A stretch of 64,000 bases of DNA from Octopus vulgaris (GCA_951406725.2 OX597824.1:93620001-93684000), one strand, 5' to 3'. Positions 26,181-41,386 are shown, numbered from the stretch's first letter. Notes: generated from the sequence alone by a model not told the origin. Made by a program: numbers and translations.

Positions 26181-26545
26181 AGGAACGTTACAAAGACAAT
26201 AAATGCACTGCATACCACTTTCCCAGTCACACTCCGTGAATCAAAACTCTCCCTTTCTCTTCCCCTCCCTCTGTTTCCTTTCTCTCTATATATATATATT
26301 TCTTTCTCTACCTCTCTCACCCTATTTGTCTATATGTATAATCTATCTATTTGTACATCGCTCTCTCTCTCTCTCTCATTCTCTCTCTCTCCCTCATCGC
26401 TACTGCTCTGGTTTTTGCCACACTAAATAAATGGACGTGTTACTATAATTAATATTTTCGGTCTTACCACCATCTTTAGGTTTATGGTTGTTGTTGTTGT
26501 TGCTAAGCGTTGATGCAGCTTTTTTTAATGTTGCCATTACGATTT

Positions 26546-27130
<585 letters not shown>

Positions 27131-27611
27131 TTCTAGAAATATGGCTCCCCATTATAAATTTAGAATTAAAATTATCCTCACCATTTCTCTATTGCTATGG
27201 TAACTCATACCATTAATCACTAATGTGAGATGTATATTATTAGGACGGGGTTTCTAAATCAGACGTGATTTATAATCGCCTAACACTGGCTCGTTTGTTT
27301 TTTGTGTGTTTTTTTAATACTCTTATATATTTTCTTATTGTTTTTATATATATTCTTTATCTTTCCCCCATTTTTATAATTTCCTTCTTTCCATCTCTTT
27401 AACCATTTCCTTCTTCTCTTTCTCTCTTCTATATATCATCTACATCATACACATAAACACACTTTTTTTTTATCTATCATCATCTCTTCCTTTCTCCCTT
27501 CCTGACTTTCTCCTTCACATTTTCCTACCAGTTTTCTACATCTTCCTAACGACCAATGTAATATGTATATGTATACATACACACACATAGACACATGTGT
27601 ACCTATGTATG

Positions 27612-27675
<64 letters not shown>

Positions 27676-28014
27676 TGTATCTTGTGCGTTTCAATCTTCC
27701 TTTCGTTTTATATCTCTTAGATGTTTCCCTTCTTAGAGTTTCTATGAATCTATCATTCTTGCTATATCCAATCTCCGTTTTCTTCACTCGCCAGATGCCC
27801 ATCGCTGTCAATTAATATATAAATACACGCACACACATATATATATATATGTATGTGTGTGTGTGTGCGTGTGTGTATAAATATAGGTACAAGCAAAACT
27901 TCGTGATGGACAATCTTTCTTTGCACCTTGAGCACGTGTCTTTTCCACTCGTGAACCAATCAATACCTGGTTGAGAATTTGGTAAACGGAAGGAAACGGT
28001 ACCGAAGCCGGTTG

Positions 28015-28880
28015 GTACCGCGCCGGACAAAATGCTTAGTTTTAACGTTTTAAGTTCAAATTCCACCGAGGTCGACGATGCTTCTAGAAACATTAGCACG
28101 CCGGCGAAATGCTTAGCTTTATTTCGTCTGTCTTTACGTTCTGAGTTCAAATCCCGCTTAGCATTTTCTGTTCATCTATTTCTGGAATTTGTTATATTCG
28201 GTATTCACTTAGATATTCCTTTGCCTGTTTTTTTTTACTGAGTATGATGCTTTCTTGTTTTCAGTTTTTGAGGCAAGTTTTAACATCCAGTCATCAGAGT
28301 TTTTCGGGTAGATATTTAAGCCAATTGTGGCAATCTTCATTGTTAATTCCAGTTGTAAAAGTCCACGGTACTCTCTCTTCTTCACTTAAAGCTTGGAGGC
28401 GGAAATGGCAAGTGCAGTAGCGAAATACCTTCATGTAATACAACGCAGACATTTAAATTATTATTATTATTATTATCATTATTATTATTATTATTATTAT
28501 TATTGTTGTTGTTGTTGTGAAGGAGGTCAGCTGGCAGAAACGTTACCACGTCTAGCGAAATACTTAGCGGCATTTCGTCCATCTTTACGTTCTGAGTTGA
28601 AATTCCTCCAACTTTGCATTTCATCGATTCGGGATCGATAAATTAAGTCCCAGCTCCACGTGATCGTCTAATCCCTTGCCCTAAATTCTCAGGCCTTGTG
28701 CATTTAGCTGAAAGGATTATTAAGGCTATCTGTTTGCAGAATTGTTAGAATGCCGGACAAAATACAGCGGTATTACTTCGTCTTTACTTTCTGAGTTCAA
28801 AATCCGCTAAGGTCAAGTCTGTCTTTCGCCCTTCCAGGGCGATTAAATATCCACTAGTTCAGCCCTGGGTGTCAACCTTA
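28015..28880 (+). mobile_element. Several diverged SINE family C fragments (~28015-28155, 28520-28720, 28735-28880)
   Basis: Recurrent CCGGACAAAATGCTTAG / TCTTTACGTTCTGAGTTCAAAT motifs. Confidence 0.65.
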
Positions 28881-28947
28881 TCGACATACTCTCATCTCTG
28901 AAACTGTTCTCTTCGTTCCTATAATGCAAAGGATTATCGACAGCAAT

Positions 28948-29100
28948 TGCAGCAGCCGCAGCAGCAGCAGCAGCAGCAGTAGTAATAGCAGTAATATTAG
29001 TAGTAGCAACAGCAGCACCAGTAGTAGTAGTAGTAGTAGTAATAGTAGTGGCAGTAACAGCAACAGTAACAGTAGTAGTAGTAGCAGTAGCAGCCGCAGC

Positions 29101-29143
<43 letters not shown>

Positions 29144-29202
29144 ATAGTAGTGGCAGCAACAGCAGCAGTAACAGTAGTAGTAGTAGCAGTAGCAGCCGCA
29201 GC

Positions 29203-29260
<58 letters not shown>

Positions 29261-29319
29261 ATAGTAGTGGCAGTAACAGCAACAGTAACAGTGGTAGTAG
29301 TAGCAGTAGCAGCCGCAGC

Positions 29320-29372
<53 letters not shown>

Positions 29373-29410
29373 CAGTAGTAGTGGTAGCAGTAGTAGTAGT
29401 GCCGGCAGCA
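28948..29410. repeat. (AGT)/(AGC) compound microsatellite with a ~100-120-bp higher-order unit x3
   Basis: AATAGTAGTGGCAG..AACAG..AGCAGCCGCAGCAGT recurs at ~29041, ~29143 and ~29260. Confidence 0.85.
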
Positions 29411-30264
29411 GTTCTAAAAGTACGTGCTACCGAGCTGTTAATGCGCAAGTACGTTTATTTAAAAATTGATTAAATACCTATCAATTTGTGCGCGCGCGTG
29501 GTGGCTTGGGTGCTTACGTATGTGTGTGTGTGTGTGTACGTGTGTGTCTGTGTGTGTGTGTGTGTGTGTGCGTGTGTGTTTGTTTTCGAGTACGTGTCAG
29601 AAACAATTTCTTATGGTTGTGTTTTACACTGAAGTTGGCCATTTTACGATCTATCATTTCTGTTTGTTTTTTTGTTTTTTTTTTTGTCTTTTTTTCAATT
29701 TTAAGGGACAATGGAAGAAAGCATATCCTATTTGTCACAGGAATACATTTTTACTCCGACATCAGATCGATTCGCGAACAAGAGTCATGCAAACAAAAGC
29801 CAATCTTTTTTTCTAATATAATATATACGATTCCACAAATTTTCCAAATTACAATGACCAATGGCTTTTTAAAGTAATTCAACAAAGAACGCAGTCTACT
29901 CTAGTCACCTTATGGCTTCATTGCAAGCATTTTATTATCACATAATAGTTTAGTTTTTGCGTAAATATTTTCATTATTATTTGTTTTATTGAGAGATAAA
30001 AAAAAATTCAGGTAAATTAATACAATAAATTGGATGATAATCAAAAATATTTCTAAAAAAAAATAATCAATTGGAGAAACCATTAGGAAGATTTGTTTCA
30101 GAATCTATAAAAATAATATCTTCTGGAAATAATTAAAATAAAATGGAACATCCATCCATTAGCAGCTGTGGAATGAGACGAAGAATTGGTTTCTATTGAT
30201 TAAACGCAAAACCTTGCAATTAATGCTGGTGTGGAATATTCGGGCAATTCCGACAGTGATCATG

Positions 30265-30800
30265 TTTCCAAGGGTAATTTAACATTCTAACAGCTTCCAA
30301 GGATAATTGTAATATTCATACAGTTTCCAAGGCCTGTTTTAACTTCCCTACAGCTTACAATGGCAACGTTAAAATGATGGCGTTTCGAAACGCAATTTTA
30401 ACACTCGTGCTATTTCCAGAATTAATTTTCAAAGCCACAGCGCTTCAACATCCATGCCATTTCCAAGGGCCATTTTAACATCAATACCGTTTCCACACTC
30501 CCGCCGCCTCCAACATTCATAATCTCTCTAATGGAAATTTTAATTTTCCCGACATTTTATATGGTTAATTAAGCACTCCAACTGTTTACAAGGATAATTT
30601 TAACGTTCACGGTGTTTACAAGGGCAATATTAATATTCAAAAAATTTCATGGCTAATTTCAGCATTACCAAGGCCAATTTCAATAGCTCCACACGTTCCG
30701 AAATTAATTTTTACATTCACAGGGTTTTTAAGGACAAATTTACCATTCACTAAATTATTAAAGGACTATTTCAACATTCATATTTTTTCAATTATCATTC
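30265..30800. repeat. Old degenerate ~30-bp minisatellite
   Basis: Consensus approximately TTCCAAGGNCAATTTTAACATTCAYANNGT, recurring about every 30 bp for more than 15 copies. Confidence 0.7.
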
Positions 30801-30802
30801 GA

Positions 30803-31186
30803 ATATTGGTCACAAGACCCGCAATTTCGTGGATAAATCGATTACATCGATCCTATTGTTCAACTGGTACTTATTTTATCGAATAAGAAAAGTTGAAAAA
30901 TAAAGTCCACTTGGGCGGAATTTGAACTCCGAGCGGAAAAATCGTACAACATACCTATTTCTTTACTACCCACAAGGGGTTAAACACAGAGGGGACAAAC
31001 AAGGACAGAAAAACAGATTAAGTCGATTGTATCGACCCCAGTGCGTAACTGGTACTTATTTAATCGGCCCCCAAAGGATGAAAGGCAAAGTCGACCTCGG
31101 CGGAATTTGAACTTAGAACGTAACGGTAGACGAAATACCGCTAAGCATTTCGCCGGGTGTGCTAACGTGTCTGCCAGCTCGCGGCC
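30803..31186 (-). mobile_element. Two SINE family C copies (diverged 30803-30935; near full-length 30951-31186)
   Basis: Reverse-complement match to 9383-9606 and 25772-26003. Confidence 0.85.
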
Positions 31187-32026
31187 TAAATCGCCATTTT
31201 ATTATTCATGCAGTTTTCAAGATTAATTCCTACATGAATACGATTTCAGAAAGAATTATCTGTAGAAGAATGAAACTGGCATTTCCAAGGAGATACTCTT
31301 TTCTCTAGGTTTCCTGTTAAAGCAGTAACAATGTCGATCCCTTGTAATCCGATGCAAAATGTTCTGTTATAGGGATTAACGTTTCTCTGTGACGGCACAT
31401 AATACAGCGATTGGAAAAACATGCATTTATGATATCTACCTCCATTAATGGGATATAATTGAAGCCAACGGGGAAGGTCGTACATCAGCTCAAACTGTTG
31501 AAAATAACATCGAAATTCCCGTCAAATCGCTAGCTATTGTTTCACAAAAAGAAAATTCATGATCTATAATGCGTGCCTTGATTTATTGCCTCAACAAAAT
31601 AAGGGATGGTTGCAGATTATAAAAGAGTAATACTGGCCAAATGCCCATTCCATTCTTCTGCTGATATTTTCTGAAACCGTATTTACGGCGCAATCACTCC
31701 TGAAAATGGCGACGAACTGGCAGATTAAGCTAATGCATGCTTGTTCGAGCATGATGACAAGAATTTGTTTCCAACGGAAAGCCAATAGGGAATTCTTTGG
31801 CATAGTTATATCCAAAAGACGTCAGGCATGCGACGTTTTGGCTCAGCAGTTTCGGATCCGCCTATTTCGCGTCGCTGATTCGACGCAGACTTCTTTGGCA
31901 TCATACGTTCTAATATTCTCTTCGCTTCAGTGTTTCTCTCATTCTCTCTCTCTCCCCATCTCTCTTTTTCCCCCTCCCTGCCTTCATCTATCACACACAC
32001 TCTCCCTCTCTCTCTCTCTCTCTGTC

Positions 32027-32101
<75 letters not shown>

Positions 32102-32198
32102 TTACATGTGTGTGTGAGTGTATAAGTAAGCTTGTTTCTTATGTGTGTGGAACGGAGAGAAGGTAAGTGTTTATGACAAACATGTTCTCTCACCATCT

Positions 32199-32231
<33 letters not shown>

Positions 32232-32563
32232 GGAATGTAACAACCGCGATAATCGAGGGAATAATGTATATCTGAAGTTAGTAAACCAAAGGCTAAACAT
32301 AGAATAAAGGGAGATTCTTTGCTGTTCCCATTGTTGTTCTTAATGTTGTTGAGAACCACGTCAAAACAATTCGTGGGTTTAGGTTCATATTACCTGTTGT
32401 ATCTCTTCCTTATGGAAGATAGTTTGGTGTGACTCGAAATTCAAGTTAAATTTGCCAAAATTGGATTATCTAAACCAACGTAACTCTGGATTAAACGCAT
32501 TAAGATAGTTCGTAATATCCCCAACCTCTTTATCTCAAATCGACCCGTTGACGCGTGATATGA

Positions 32564-32830
32564 CTCGAGTCCCTGGAGTGAAGACGAGAGAGGTATGCAG
32601 TGATGTCTGTTTGGAAGATCTTGGGTAGGTTAGATCCAATCTTTGGCATCGCGAGTTATACTATCATCCGAAGTGTTGACATGTATTACATGGATCCGCG
32701 ATAAATTTCAGTCTTATTCCGTAAAAAGAAATATGTTATGGCGTAAAAATTTTCCGGAGGCCTTTGAGCCAATCGTATTCTCTTACTAAGTCAACGCAAA
32801 AATGTAGTTTCAAATTCCGCCTAAAACCAT
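32564..32830 (+). mobile_element. Highly degraded CR1/L2-group LINE ORF2 C-terminal fragment
   Basis: LESLE*RRERYAVMSVWKILGRLDPIFGIASYT matches the L.SLE.RR.R......KIL.G post-RT motif. The right boundary is uncertain. Confidence 0.65.
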
Positions 32831-33509
32831 GTCGCTTCTTCTACACAATTAATACCAGTGGAAAATGCACGAGTGCCACAATCCTATTGCTGACCTCGTT
32901 GCAATAAAGTGCAGTTTCCTACTTAAAACGATGAGATATATCAAAGCGACAGACAGTAAGCATTCCGAACAATATAATACGGGATATGATATGCAGTGTT
33001 CTTATGATTAACTCCAATTAAAAGCAGTGAATGGCTTTAAAAATGTGAGCATTGTCATAACAGAATCCGTTGAAATAACTGCACAATAGGATGCAATAAG
33101 AGACTCTTCATAATTTAATCCGTGATTGATTTGAAAAGTTAGTAATGAGAGAAAATTTTCAACGTCCAGAAAAATATCTTTCATTTTTAAGTGCTGTCTA
33201 GGATTCTTTTCTTCTCACTAAAAAATATCTAATTACAGATTCTATCAGACATTACAGATGCTTCTAAATGTGAGCAAAATCTATTTTTATTTCTGAAACG
33301 AAAACTGTTTTGCTTCATTTTTATTCCTTTCAGCTATTTTTATAAATTATGTCCAGCATCTTTCGTTTATGGCTTTAGAGAGATGAGGAAGACATTTGCT
33401 TTGATGTGGCCATCATCGATAAGATGTAACGCTCTCAAGTCATTTGTTAAATATTTCTCACACGTACTGAAAGTGAAGATGGTAGAAGTATATATTTTAG
33501 GTAAGGTAA

Positions 33510-33716
33510 AAGGAAAAGGAAGTAGGGTCGTGATTCCTAGGAAGCACAGGCCCGGTAACCCTTTTTTCCCGGTGTGTGGGGACCGATAAGACAAAACACC
33601 TCCAAAACAGGACGCCACTCCGCCCCGGGTTTATCCATTTACAGCTGAATGCACAGAACAATATGGTCCGAGAGACCAAACCAGGACATCGCAATCATAA
33701 TCACTTGGCCCCACGC
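33510..33716 (-). mobile_element. Possible degraded SINE of a fourth family
   Basis: Minus strand has GCGTGGGGCCAAGTG (A-box-like), ATTCAGCTGTAAATGG and GAGTGGCGTCCTGT, reminiscent of CORE/V-type SINE internal motifs. Confidence 0.35.
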
Positions 33717-34435
33717 TTTCATAAACTGAATGAGTAGACAGCAACACATCTCAAACAATTTGGAAGCAGCATCATAGAAACTAGTCATCGATATTGTTTG
33801 TACTCGACCATTTAAAAAGTACCTCCCCAAAATGACCATACATGAAGTTTTAGCATGGATAGGGATTTTTCCACCGTGCTTCTCTTCCTCTCCAGAAATT
33901 GAAGTATTTTGGGTAAAGATAACCAAAGAAATCTGTTACTGATTTATTTAACATTTACAAGATTTCTTTATGTAAGAAGAAGAAGGGAATGGTAAAGCGT
34001 AGTAGTCATGCTTTTGCATTCGCTATCAGTCGCATAGTTGAAAGGAAATAGATGTTAAGAAAAGATGAAGAGCTCCAGGGTGTCGGTTTGCCATTAACAG
34101 AGATACTGTTGATCATTATTTGTTAAAGCAGTGATTCCATACACCACACGGAAACATCCCATCCATACTGTACTTCGTATAAACATAAGTTTAGCCTAAA
34201 ATAACTGTAAAATTCATGAGACGAGCAACCGCTCCCGTGTGAATTTTCTAAGAGAAAACCTTGTCAAATTTCAAACCTGTTATGATAAAAGATTATTTTA
34301 ATTCAGTCTATAAAACAGCATGTTTTATTGCATGACTCGATTAACTCCAACGATTGAAACCGGTCGCATATTTTTATAAAAGTGTATAAATTTACGTCTT
34401 TGTATTCATGATAATACAGCCAAGGCATTTTCTCT

Positions 34436-34851
34436 ATTTACTCTTTTTACTCTTTTTACTTGTTTCAGTCATTTGACTGCGGCCATGCTGGAGCACCGCC
34501 TTTAGTCGAGCAAATCGACCCCGGGACCTATTCTTTGTAAGCCCAGTACTTATTCTATCGGTCTCTTTTGCCGAACCGCTCAGTGACAGGGACGTAAACA
34601 CACCAGCATCGGTTGTCAAGCAATGCTAGGGGAACAAACACAGACACACAAACATATTCACACACACTTATATATATATACATATATACGACAGGCTTCT
34701 TTCAGTTTCCGTCTACCAAATCCACTCACAAGGCATTGGTCGGCCCGGGGCTATAGCAGAAGACACTTGCCCAAGATGCCACGCAGTGGGACTGAACCCG
34801 GAACCATGTGGTTGGTTAGCAAGCTACTTACCAAACAGCCTCTCCTGCGCC
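34436..34851 (-). mobile_element. Full-length SINE family B
   Basis: Collinear with 18548-18948 and almost identical to 43291-43679. Confidence 0.92.
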
Positions 34852-35520
34852 TATTTGTTTCATATATGTGTGTAAGTGTTCTCGTGATTGTATGTTTATG
34901 CATCTATGCACATAACATTAAACGTAGCTGCTAAGGAAAAAAAAAAACTCGGAAATATGCGATGAAGGTATAGAAAAGCAAGATGATAAGAGGTAACTGG
35001 GAAATACGTGCGACGTGAAGAACGAAAATAGATAAAGGCTCAGGTGTGCGGAAGATGTCCTTGAGAAAATAATGAACTGAAAATAAATGTGTAATCGCTG
35101 AGAGGCATAAAATGAGAAGTAGACATAATAGGCCATTGAGGAAGCGCGAGAAGTTCGAAAGCTAGAAATGAAGTAGATTTTGACAAAGAACCAAATAAAG
35201 ATGTGACAGAGAAAAACTGAGAAAGTTTGAGTAAATATCTATGAAAAATACATAGAAGAAGGCTAAAGCAATTTGAAGAATATACGGGCATTAATAGATA
35301 AATTGATGTTGTATGCAGAGGAAGCATAAAGGGCAGAAACTATTTAAGATGAGAAGGTAAAGTTGTAATAGGAAATATATTTCTGCAGCTGCCTCTCAAA
35401 GGAATTTCGCAGTTTCAACGCTTTAATCAGCAATCAGAGACTAGTGGCCTAGTAAGGTGCCTGTAACGATGAGACAGAAACACTTGGAATGTGTGTGTGT
35501 GTGTGTATGTATGTGTGTGT

Positions 35521-35687
35521 GTAGAAAGATATATTTTTCAACGCGTAAGTACTGATACAACAATATATATTGGATAAAATCCTTACAAAGTAGAAAAATT
35601 TATCAGCAACCAGCTGGTTGGTGACAGATTTTATCCTATATTTGCTATTCTATCAGTACTTACGCGTTGAAAAATATATCTTTCTAC
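35521..35687. mobile_element. Short fold-back element / MITE with 37-bp perfect inverted arms
   Basis: GTAGAAAGATATATTTTTCAACGCGTAAGTACTGATA (35521-35557) is the exact reverse complement of 35651-35687. Inner pair GGATAAAATC/GATTTTATCC. Confidence 0.75.
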
Positions 35688-35760
35688 TTGTACTACAATA
35701 GAGTTCACCGCTTCATAAACAAACTTAAGTTTGTTTACATATGAAGTTTTATATATATAT

Positions 35761-35962
35761 ACTCCTTTACTCCTTTATTTGTTTCAGTCATATCACTGAT
35801 TGCAGTCATGCTGGAGCACCGCCTTTAGTCGAAAAATCGACCCCAGCATTTATTCTAAGATACGCTAAGTGACAGGGGCGTAATTACCCCAGCATCGGTT
35901 GTCAAACGATGGTGGGGGAAAAACATATACATATAGACACAAACACACACACACACAAATAC

Positions 35963-36016
<54 letters not shown>

Positions 36017-36017
36017 A

Positions 36018-36076
<59 letters not shown>

Positions 36077-36078
36077 TA

Positions 36079-36139
<61 letters not shown>

Positions 36140-36280
36140 GTCGGGCTTCTTTCAATTTCTGCCTACCAAATCTTCTCATAAGCCTCTTGTCGGCCCAAGA
36201 CCATAGTAGAAGACACCTGTCGAGGGTGCCACGCAGTGGGATTGAACCCGGAAGCAAGCTACTTACCATACAGCCATTCT
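35761..36280 (-). mobile_element. Diverged SINE family B with expanded internal (TA)n
   Basis: Tail block at 35761-35945 and head block at 36138-36280 separated by ~190 bp of TA/TG repeat. Confidence 0.8.
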
Positions 36281-36394
<114 letters not shown>

Positions 36395-37520
36395 GTGTGT
36401 GTTGAAATAAAATGAAACAACAAAAGTCAAGACACCTATAAATAGAGATGGGATTTAAAGGGTGAGTGAGAGTTAAATTATTAAGATTGAAGCGACGATG
36501 GAGTATGAAAGAAAGCTAAGAAGCCAAAACAACGCTTGGCGAAAGTTGTGATCTAGCATTACTAAACATGCACACGGGCACACACTCACATAGACATACA
36601 ATCATATGCATCCAGAGAGAAAATATTCCATCTCATCATGACAATATCTGACGTAGGTTCCTCATAATCACCCTCATACACACACACACGTACACACGCT
36701 GCTTCTATCTCAGATATAACGAGGCTGATGTATATTTTATTAGTGTATTCTAAAGCGAAAAAAAAAAACACAGGAAACCACGGTAGTAAATGCTTAGTTA
36801 TTTCATGTTGAAGTTATATGCTCGTAGAAGCAACGCTGAATAAAGTCATTATTAATAAATCTTGCATTGTTATATGCAGCACTTTTGCCGGAATCATTCT
36901 GCGGAGTTGAAGTATTCTGTTATAACCCAATGACCTCATCACTTAGGAAAGGTTTCTGTTTTTTAAACGCTGTTCTATTGTTTACTGCTGCTGAATAGCT
37001 GCGGTGTAGGCATTGTCTGAAGTATGGCGAAATCCGCGACATTATAGGTCAGGAAAGCAAATATTTACAACACTCATCACATGAGATTCTGCATTAGAAA
37101 TCTACCTGCAATAGAAGTGAATGTTAAGAACACTTAAATCTCAGACAACAATAACTTTTTCTTCTTACGAGAGACGGAAAAAAAGTATTTGAAAAAAATG
37201 GTAAAGAAAAATTTCTAAAGGAAATTTCCAAAGCTGAATTGGCAGACAGATCTATTTTGACAATGGACACCCTCCAGATGAAAACAAAAATGCCAAAATA
37301 ATAACAAACACACAATGGGGGAAAAAAGCCGGCGTCTTAATTCGTATAGTCAGTTTCTTTTACTCATTCATCGTCGTAAAATGATTTACGATGCTTATTG
37401 GCAATTGATGTTTATTATTACCAAAACTTGTTAGAAAGGCTAATGCCGGTGATATTGTTATCCTCTATATTGTCTATGGTGGCGCTGCTGTCTTATTACT
37501 ATTATTATTATTATTATTAC

Positions 37521-37581
<61 letters not shown>

Positions 37582-37612
37582 GTTATTGTTATTATTATTA
37601 TTATTATTGTTG

Positions 37613-37677
<65 letters not shown>

Positions 37678-37839
37678 AGCAAACAGACTAATGTCTTCTT
37701 AATTTGCTAATCCCATAAATTCCTAGGAGACAATCGTAACCATAGAATGTTGATGCTGCTAGCTACTTAATACGGGTGGGCGTGTGGGTATGTATGTATG
37801 TTTGTTTGCTTTTATGTATACATAAATAAGTATATACGT

Positions 37840-37922
<83 letters not shown>

Positions 37923-38092
37923 TGTGCATAAACGTGTTTGTGTGTCTCTATGCGTGTAGCATATGTAAATATTAATAAGTATGTGTTTATCTGTCGATAT
38001 ACATGTATAGATACACACAGACACGGACACACAGACACACATATGTATATGTGCTTACATTATATATTTGTATGTATATACATATACGTATA

Positions 38093-38139
<47 letters not shown>

Positions 38140-38326
38140 CATATATACATATATATTTATATACATACATACATATATAAATAGATGCATATATATATAT
38201 ATATACATACATATAATATATATATATATATTGTATATATACATACATATAAATATATATATATATACATATATACATATATATATATGTATATGTATAT
38301 ATATGTATACGTATATATATGTATAC

Positions 38327-38361
<35 letters not shown>

Positions 38362-38380
38362 TGTACATATTTATATATAT

Positions 38381-38777
38381 ATGAACTGGCACTTGTGTAT
38401 ACAAACAGCTATTAACTCACAACCACACAGATATGTATTCAAACATATATATATATATATATATATATAAATGTAGAATGTGTCGCCATGTAAATCTCAA
38501 TCTAGAATCACACATATCAAAAGCCTAACGTATTCTTAGCTGAGACAGTTATTTTGATGTTTTGCATTAATTCCGTTTTCTATTGTGATTTAGTAAAAGA
38601 CAAAATTGATAGAGAGCGTAAACGAGGAAAATTTCAACGAACCGATAGATCATATGTACACGTGTGTGTGAGTGTGTAAAAGTGCATGTGTGTTAGTGTG
38701 TGTGCGTGTGTGTTTGAATACATATCTGTGTGGTTGTATGAGTTAATAGCTGTTTGTATACACAAGTGCCAGTTCAT
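38381..38777. repeat. Spaced inverted repeat: ~65-bp arms, ~265-bp spacer
   Basis: 38381-38445 is the reverse complement of 38711-38777 except for a 2-bp indel. Confidence 0.85.
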
Positions 38778-38847
38778 GTGAATGGCATAGTCTATATCAC
38801 CTCTGCAGTCTCGCTCGCTGCATATCTATGCTTCTTTTTGCCTATAT

Positions 38848-38879
<32 letters not shown>

Positions 38880-38928
38880 TTTATATATTATATATTTACT
38901 ATCACTGCTTCATCATCTCTCACTTCCC

Positions 38929-38971
<43 letters not shown>

Positions 38972-39044
38972 TGAGTATATATATATATATATATATATAT
39001 GAGTGAATATATACATATATATATATATATGTGTCTGTGTGTGC

Positions 39045-39440
39045 ATTGTGTCATCGCATAAATAATACTGTTCTTTATCTATTATTTTTGAAAATTAAAA
39101 GAAAATCTAAATTCTTTTTTATCTAACTTATACTTTCATTCATTTTCTACAATGCTCTTCCATCTGTTTGATAGAATGCAAGTCCCCTCTTCCAAAATTC
39201 GCTTGTCCGTGATTAAAAATACACCTCCCGTACTGCTGTGACGACGTCTATAGAATCCATATTGTTTTCCGTCCAAATGTGATTTTGAAGATTGTGGAAT
39301 AAATGATAATCAGTTGGGGCAATGTCCGGCGAATATCGTGGGTTGGGCATCGTTTCCCATTCAAACTGTTCCAGTTTTTGGAAAGTCAACCTCGCTGTAT
39401 GTGGCCGAGCGTTATCGTGATGGAAGAACAAGACGAACAA
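39045..39440 (-). mobile_element. mariner (DD34D) transposase 3' relic with terminal inverted repeat
   Basis: [10 protein letters not shown]...YSPDIAPTDYHLF in ORF 39213..39890(-). Terminus ATTGTGTCATCGCATAAATAAT at ~39045-39066 resembles a mariner TIR. The rest of that ORF is microsatellite. Confidence 0.88.
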
Positions 39441-39670
39441 AACAAATATACATGGTTCCGCATTCCTATGTATGTATATATATACATATATATGTACAGA
39501 TATATGTGTATATGCACGCAAACACACACACTCATATATAGATAAACGTACACCATATGTGTATATGTGTTTATATACATACACATATATATATATATAT
39601 ACATACACACATATATATACACATATATAGAAAGACAGACTGACAGATAGACAGACAGACAGACAGATAC

Positions 39671-39748
<78 letters not shown>

Positions 39749-40071
39749 GTACGCACATACATACACATATATACATATATGTATATAATATATACAAATG
39801 TCTGTGTACATATATGCATACACACAAACATATATATATATATGTATTAATATGTAATATATATATATATATATATACATATACGTACATATGTACCTAT
39901 GAATATGCATAAGTGTGTGTGTGTGTTTGTGTGCATATAACATATATTTGTACATATACGTATACATAAATACGAATACGCAAGCATGCATATTCGTTTC
40001 GTTCGTCTTGTAAATTGAAAAATATGAATTCCATTATCTGTATTCCAACACAATTTTTTGTCATCTTGAAT

Positions 40072-40170
<99 letters not shown>

Positions 40171-40639
40171 ATTCATTCATATATATCTACAGAGAACATT
40201 GTAGTTAACTACAAGCCTACACATACAGAACCACACATACTATACGATATAGAGTGATCATTCTCAGCACACATCAATGCGGTCATGATGACGACAATGA
40301 AGATGATGATGACGATAGTGGCGATGATGATAATGATGATGATGATGATGATGATGTTTGTGGCGGGGGTAGCGGTGAAGCTGGTTGTGAAGGCGATATC
40401 TGTTTCCTGACGATTGTTTCGGAAAGGTGTTGACAATTACCTCCCCTAAGAGACGTCAACGCCAATACTTATGATTTCCGCTAATCAGACAGTACGCCGC
40501 AGCCACGTCTGCTGCCGTGGCTGCTGCTGCTGCTACTGCTGCTGCTGGAAGCAAATCAACGACAACAAAAACCAAGAAACAGAAACACCACCAATAACAG
40601 ATAGAACAACACCAACAACAACAACAATAATAATAATCA

Positions 40640-40641
<2 letters not shown>

Positions 40642-40670
<29 letters not shown>

Positions 40671-40682
40671 AAGAAGAATTTG

Positions 40683-40737
<55 letters not shown>

Positions 40738-40806
40738 TGATGATGATGATGATGATGATGAGAAGAAGAAGAAGAAGAAGAAGAAGAAGAAGAAGAAGAA
40801 GAAGAA

Positions 40807-40853
<47 letters not shown>

Positions 40854-41228
40854 TGAATATACAGTACTAATGTTAGTAATGAGGATGCTGGTGATGGTGA
40901 TGATGATGTGTCTATTTGTTGTTATCTATTTGTTATTGTTGTTAGTGGTGTTGGTGTTACGAATGTTGATCAGGAAGAGAATGCTGCTGATGATGATGAT
41001 GATGATTGTGATCATGATGGAAAAATAAAAACATCAACAGACAACACATTGACAGGAAGGTAAATAAGAAGATTTATCGTTGACACTTTTGTATAGATTT
41101 TCTACTATAAAACGGCAGATTCAACAACACAAACACTAAGAAGATAAACGTTGTTGCTGTGGCTCTTATTGTTATTATTGTTGTTGCTGTTATTGTTGTT
41201 GTTGTTGTTGTTGTTGTTATTGTTGTTG

Positions 41229-41288
<60 letters not shown>

Positions 41289-41298
41289 TTAATATTAT

Positions 41299-41330
<32 letters not shown>

Positions 41331-41354
41331 GTAATAATGATAATAATAATAATA

Positions 41355-41386
<32 letters not shown>

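Noticed and set aside
34950-35400. Purine-rich stretch possibly from an old L2/CR1 element
   Set aside because: No motif could be read convincingly in any frame.
39213-39890. 225-aa ORF as a SETMAR-like gene
   Set aside because: Only the last ~75 aa are mariner-like; the rest is microsatellite, and the N-terminal transposase domains are missing.
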